Assembly (NCBI GenBank): GCA_038231155.1 | Contig: JBBRLY010000012.1 | Coordinates: 645 to 64,644, forward strand | Length of the DNA stretch: 64,000 bases | From: Candidatus Saccharimonadales bacterium | Lineage (GTDB): Bacteria > Patescibacteriota > Saccharimonadia > Saccharimonadales > JANWIN01 | Direction of reading: 5' to 3' | In this document: piece after piece, positions 62,922-64,000 of the stretch | Numbering within the stretch: the first letter of the stretch is position 1 | How the letters are laid out: every line of letters starts with the position of its first letter | Program-made: the position numbers and the translations under genes | Notes under the pieces: model-generated | Seen by the model: only the letters and a program-made list of their open reading frames with translations | The model's database searches: none | Told to the model about the DNA's origin: nothing

Positions 62922-64000
62922 ATGAAGCTTCAAGTTACCCAAGAAAACCTAGCCAAAGCCTTAAATACTGTAGCCAGAGTAGCTAACACTCGTAACACTC
63001 TACCAATTTTGTCCAATGTTATATTAAAAACTGTCGGTAATCGGCTAAGTATTGCTGCCACTAATTTAGACATAGCCATCACCCACTTTATTGGTTCTAA
63101 AGTTAGCAAAGAAGGCGCTATTACAATCCCGGCTCGCCTAATGCAGGATTTTATATCTAGCCTGCCAAATGGTGTCATAGAACTATCTCTCGACGATTAC
63201 AAATTACATATTTCTGCCGATAAATATCAATCTGTAATAAACGGGGTGTCAGCAGATGAATTCCCAGTTATGCCGTCTATCGCTAAAGGCACTAAATGGA
63301 CCATAAATGGCAAAGTACTTAAAGCTGGCCTGGGGCAGGTAGTTATTGCCGCCTCAACTGACGAGGCTCGTCCAGTTTTAACTGGAGTATATATTCATAC
63401 TCACGGTGGTAAATTATATGCAGTGGCTACTGATAGTTACCGTTTAGCTGAAAAAGAACTAACTAAATCCACTCAAGAGACTAATCTTTTAGTGCCGGCT
63501 ACAGCCATGCACGATCTGCTTAGAATTCTATCCGATTATGAAGATGAAGTAGTTGTGGTGCACGATGATCAACAAGTGTCATTCAAGGCTGGTGATATTG
63601 AACTTGTCACACGTTTAATTGATGGCAACTATCCAGACTACCGTAAGCTGATCCCTAAAAAGTTCTCTACGACCGCCGACATCAAACGGGCTGATTTTGT
63701 GAATATTACAAAGGTTTCTAGTTTATTTGCTCGCGAAAGTGCCGGGAGTATCACTATTTCTGCCAACCAGGTGGACTCACAAATTAGTATTCGTTCTGTG
63801 GCCTCACAACTTGGTGAGAATACTGCAAGTGCTGATGGAGATATTAGTGGTAGCGGAGATATAACCTTAAATTCCCGGTATTTATTGGACGCCCTTAACG
63901 TATTAGCAGCCGGTGAAGTTAAGTTTGGCTTTAATGGCAAGCTGGAACCCAGTGTCTTACAAGCAGCCGGTGCCAAAGACTACACTCATGTAATTATGCC
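62922..64000 (+). CDS. dnaN: DNA polymerase III beta sliding clamp (partial; continues past the window end)
   Basis: Own translation from ATG at 62922: MKLQVTQENLAKALNTVARVANTRNTLPILSNVILKTVGNRLSIAATNLDIAI...ARPVLTGVYIH...ATDSYRLAEK. Open to position 64000. Confidence 0.92.
   Translation, partial: MKLQVTQENLAKALNTVARVANTRNTLPILSNVILKTVGNRLSIAATNLDIAITHFIGSKVSKEGAITIPARLMQDFISSLPNGVIELSLDDYKLHISADKYQSVINGVSADEFPVMPSIAKGTKWTINGKVLKAGLGQVVIAASTDEARPVLTGVYIHTHGGKLYAVATDSYRLAEKELTKSTQETNLLVPATAMHDLLRILSDYEDEVVVVHDDQQVSFKAGDIELVTRLIDGNYPDYRKLIPKKFSTTADIKRADFVNITKVSSLFARESAGSITISANQVDSQISIRSVASQLGENTASADGDISGSGDITLNSRYLLDALNVLAAGEVKFGFNGKLEPSVLQAAGAKDYTHVIM

Noticed and set aside
62512-62925. 137-aa plus-strand ORF overlapping the dnaA 3' end and the dnaA-dnaN spacer.
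   Set aside because: It is out of frame with the conserved DnaA domain IV. The remainder is AT-rich spacer with DnaA-box-like sites.

Overview
Origin-proximal chromosomal window from a low-GC, gene-dense bacterium that uses the standard genetic code. TGA, TAA and TAG all terminate well-recognised genes. The right end carries the classic origin arrangement. rpmH-rnpA-yidC-jag lie on the minus strand and diverge from dnaA-dnaN on the plus strand, with clusters of DnaA-box-like 9-mers. An intact VapBC toxin-antitoxin pair and a decayed Phd/YefM-VapC pair are inserted between rpmH and dnaA. The left ~18 kb holds housekeeping and envelope genes: a Mur ligase, MazG, TsaC, an archaeal-type AspRS, a CNNM/CBS transporter, DsbA, a patatin, a Kef-type antiporter and NadD. 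It also holds a five-gene operon in which an ABC-2 exporter is bracketed by two paralogous membrane-anchored Ig-like/beta-propeller proteins. From ~18.6 to ~57.1 kb (about 38 kb) the window is essentially one surface-glycan locus with these components: a Wzy_C/O-antigen-ligase-like protein; a WbaP-type initiating transferase; rfbBCDA for dTDP-rhamnose; Wzm/Wzt export, where Wzt has a C-terminal extension; a coiled-coil methyltransferase; about 10 GT2/GT4 domains; two GtrA proteins; several GT-C-like polytopic proteins; a prepilin-type protein; and a nucleotidyltransferase/HAD/membrane-fused-kinase trio. The short YidC (310 aa), the absence of LPS genes in the window, and the many membrane-anchored orphan proteins fit a monoderm-like small-genome lineage. 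A CPR/Saccharibacteria-like organism is my guess, and I cannot verify it without a search. No rRNA, tRNA, CRISPR array, transposase or integrase was found. All functional calls rest on motif-level reading of the supplied translations and on my own translation of regions missing from the ORF track (rpmH, dnaN, the 5' partial CDS and the TA pseudogenes).
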